NCBI GenBank assembly: GCA_001600695.1
Contig: BCKQ01000014.1
Span: 250,937 to 314,936, forward strand
Reading direction: 5' to 3'
Source of the DNA: Ascoidea asiatica JCM 7603
Taxonomy: Eukaryota; Fungi; Ascomycota
DNA: 64,000 nt
Of the stretch, positions 60,751-64,000 are shown one piece after another (position 1 is the stretch's first letter; each line of letters begins with the position of its first letter). The position numbers and the translations under genes were made by a program. Under the pieces are notes generated by a model, which saw only the letters and a list, made by a program, of their open reading frames with translations, did not search any database and was not told the DNA's origin.

Positions 60751-60852
60751 TATATTATTTATATTATTTATATTTTGTTGATTATGTTGATTAGTTGAGA
60801 TTGGATTAAGTAGTAAATTTAATTCCATTTTATTAACATATTTACTTTTCAT
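57574..60852 (-). CDS. SUMO protease, peptidase C48, Ulp2-like
   Basis: WVNDAVIDFF, NTYFFTKL, FPINQQSHWF (His), IFDS (Asp), VPRQTNFFDCGIH (Gln/Cys). Start could be Met10. Confidence 0.8.
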
Positions 60853-61689
60853 TATCTTCTTAATCCTTTTAATCTTCTTGATTTTCTTGATTTTCTTGAT
60901 GATCTTTTTTATTATGATTTTATTTGAATTAGAATAATCATCAAAAAGAAGAGAAAGAAGAGAAAGAAAGAAGAAATAAGAAGTGAGAAAGAAAGAAAAG
61001 AAAAGAAAGCGAGTGAAATATTGTTGAAGAGGACATCCGATTGCCTAAAGCAGGCACGAGAGAGACCGGAGCCTTTGTTGTTTTGCTGTGCGCGGGCCGC
61101 AAAGAAGCTTTTTCCACGCAGAAAACGAGTTAAAATCAAGAACGACACTGCGAAGCATCGAGATAAATTCGAAACTCCCAACACAGATTTTTTTGTTTCT
61201 TCTTTTCTTCTTCATTTGTTTTGTTCTTCCTGTTTATTATTTATTTCTTCACTGTTTCTTTCTTTCTTTCTTTCCTTCCTTCCCTATTTCTTTCTTTCTT
61301 TCTTTCTTTCATAAAATTAAATTAGGCTAAACAAGCCGCTGTGTGGCTAATGAAGTTTGTCTAACCACGTGATCTTTATAACAAGTGACATCTGCCAGAA
61401 GAGTCACATGATCACCTAAAAAATGCTCGGTTTAAGTTTTCGGTAACAATTTAAGTTGTCAATCTGCAAAGACAAAACTTAGTCATCTTCTTACCACTTT
61501 TATAGTTAATAAGACAAAATATACTTACATTGCTTATTGGATATTGAGCCTATTTGCTTAAAAAAATATATAATTTAATATTTTTTGCTTTTAAACATTT
61601 TCTGATAATTGATAACAATTTTATTAAAATTCAACTACCTTTCTTTGAATAATAATAATAAACTACAAAGTAAATATAATTTAGATAAA

Positions 61690-63160
61690 TTCTGGTTTTT
61701 GTTTATTTTGTTTATTAATATAAACATTATAGAACTTCTATTTTTTCTTAAATTCTTTAAAGTTAAAATTAAAATGCATAAGTTTAAATTCAATTTATAT
61801 AAATTGAAGTTCTTGTTTATTCTGTTTATCAATTTAAATATTATAGAACTTTCATGTGTCTCAAAAAGTAATTTTTTTAATGAGCGCTAAAATGATTACA
61901 GCTGCATTAGCTACCCATATATACATCTTGATATATCATAATTGTTAGTTTATTATTCAGACAGGTCGGAGCAATATTTAATCTAAAATTCAATTTAGAG
62001 AAACTAAAGTTCTTGGTTATTTTGTTTACTAATTTAAATATTTTAAAATTTTTATATTTTTTCCAAAACTAAATTTGGCTGTCAGCGCTTAATTTATTCC
62101 AATCTTTCATAAATTAAAAACTGTTAATAGAAGCTTTAATAATTTAACTGTCTTCAAATAATTAAATCACTAAATTCTGGTCATACTAACTCTTAGCAAA
62201 ATTCAACTTCTTTTTTCCCTGTTTATCAATTTAAATTTTATAGATCTTTTATTTTCCTCAACAAAATTAAATTTTTAATCGGCCCTTAATTTATATTTTC
62301 AATAACGTCAATTACTCTTAAATTCTACTTTTAATATCAATATTTTAAAAGTTTTTAATTCTTGTTTTTCTGTTTATCGTTATAAATATTTTAGAATTTT
62401 TAATCTTTCCAAAAGATATCTTAAATATTTTCACATCCAAGAGTTAAATTCAATAGTGTAAAAACTGAATCTTTATTAAAATTTTAGTTTTACTTTTTCT
62501 TATTCTTATTTATTTTGATTATCAATATAAATATTATAGAATTTGTATTTAATCTTACAAATTGTTTTTCTTTTAAGCAAAATCATTGATTAAAGAATCA
62601 TTTGAATTCAAGGAACTTGTTATTTAAAAAAGCCTCGAAACTTCTTTGTTTCATCCTGATAAATAATACTTATCTTAATATCTGATTCCAATATCTAAAA
62701 ACTTATTTTAGTATTACTTTATATCATCCAAATTCAGGTTTCAAAGATTATTACATATCATAATTCTTCCTTACTTACATTTAAAATTATACTATTTTTC
62801 CCAAATTAATAATCTTATTTAATAACACAATTCCCTTTAAATATTTCTCTTGTCAATTTCTACTTTAATAAATTATATTAAATTGAAAATAATTTCTTGT
62901 TTATCTTGTTCATCAACGTAAATATCTTAGAAATTTTTTTGTTCTAATCTTTTATTACTTCGAATCCTGAACTTAAATTTTTCACTTTACTTCAAAAAAC
63001 TTATATTCAATACTTGATTAAGTAGTAAATGCCTATTCAACTATTAGAAACTTAATATTATCTTTCTCCTGTGATTCTCTCAATTATTCTGAACTAATTT
63101 CTTATAACTTTCATGTTTAAGTTGTTCATCATATTATATATCCTAGAATTTTTTAATTTA
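61690..63160. repeat. Degenerate array of a roughly 45-bp motif, about 8 copies with irregular spacing
   Basis: Approximate consensus TTCTTGTTTATTYTGTTTATCAATWTAAATATTATAGAAYTTT, near 61697, 61810, 62010, 62205, 62358, 62503, 62895 and 63110. Confidence 0.7.
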
Positions 63161-63194
63161 ATTCGGTCTCAGTCTCTATTTGAATGAGACTTAG

Positions 63195-64000
63195 TTCTCC
63201 TTTACTTATCTTAACAAAAGGACTGACGTTCCTATTGATGGTACCTTTGATAAAACCCTTGTTGGTAAACTTAATGATGATGATGTCGATGAATACATTC
63301 AATTTATTTCAAAAGTAGAAAAATTAAATCAATTCGTTCCTGCTTCTTCAAAAAATCCTCTCTTTAATTCCTTCATTCACTTTCGTATAAACCCTTTTTA
63401 GACTTATTACTGGGAAAAAATCAATCAAAATCAAATTAATCAAGGTGTCTTCTTACGAGCCAAAATTATCGAGAATTACCAACTCTCTATTCAACCAGAA
63501 GAGAAAACTTTCATTGACATTGCAAGAGAAAATAGAACTGAAAGAATTCAATTCTTAAGAAATAATAACCCTAATAATCTTATTTTCTTTAATTATCCTA
63601 ATGAATTTTTTACTAAACCTTTTATTAAATCTGCTATTACATTAATCACAAATGATATTACTTCAGACAATGAAAATTCCAATAATGAAGATAATCAAAT
63701 TGCAAAACTTCGTTTTGAAGTCATTAATTCTCCAGTCAAAAATTCTGATCATCTTGATACCTTGGTAGACAGAGTCTTTTCTCTCCTTGAATCTTTCCAA
63801 TTCATCACTAAAGATCCTTATGGTGGCTTTCTCTTACAAAACGATATTTCACCTCAAAATGAAGCTATCATTAAACAATTCTGGAATAATAATATTCAAG
63901 AAAATCTATATTTCTCTACCCAACAACAAGTGTTCGATGATATTGAGTTTTCAAAACTTAAAGTTCAAGTTTTAATCATGAAACTTCAAGAGAAAAAATT
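63195..64000 (+). pseudogene. Coding-like frame of about 268 codons with one in-frame TAG, running off the window; product unknown
   Basis: FSFTYLNKRTDVPIDGTFDKTLVGKLNDDDVDEYIQF...RINPF*(63399-63401)TYYWEKINQ...MKLQEK; bounded upstream by TAG at 63192; more C-ending codons than host genes. Confidence 0.55.

Noticed and set aside
1681-60781. Many 60-145 aa ORFs antisense to or overlapping real genes (e.g. 1681, 11902, 16354, 23631, 32851, 51785, 60368)
   Set aside because: Shadow frames of low-complexity coding DNA, mostly with non-ATG starts and no motifs.
61690-63160. Repeat-spacer pattern as a CRISPR array
   Set aside because: Eukaryotic context, degenerate repeats, long irregular spacers, no cas genes.

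Overview
Very AT-rich budding-yeast (Saccharomycotina-type) chromosomal DNA with intron-poor, Asn-rich genes. Left part: LYS2 (5'-truncated), KAR4, an unlisted 59-aa secreted prepro-peptide gene, CDC6, HSF1, PRP22, an ADIP-like coiled-coil gene, HRQ1, an FMO, ECM15, a small Zn-ribbon ORF, a tricalbin and RMD1. From about 34.6 to 51.6 kb there is no intact host gene. This interval holds nested, decayed Ty1/copia and Ty3/gypsy remnants and three copies of a 0.85-1.0 kb LTR-like repeat. Two copies are inverted and share a 171-bp identical core. Right part: WWM1, a cactin homolog, AVT1, a ULP2-like SUMO protease, a degenerate repeat array and a TAG-interrupted reading frame running off the window. 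The genes flanking the gene-free block are homologs of S. cerevisiae centromere-adjacent genes (ECM15/YBL001C, RMD1/YDL001W, AVT1/YJR001W, WWM1/YFL010C), so the block is a strong regional-centromere candidate. One CTG codon at a conserved Ser in Prp22 hints at a CUG-Ser code. All family calls come from recalled motifs; no searches were run.
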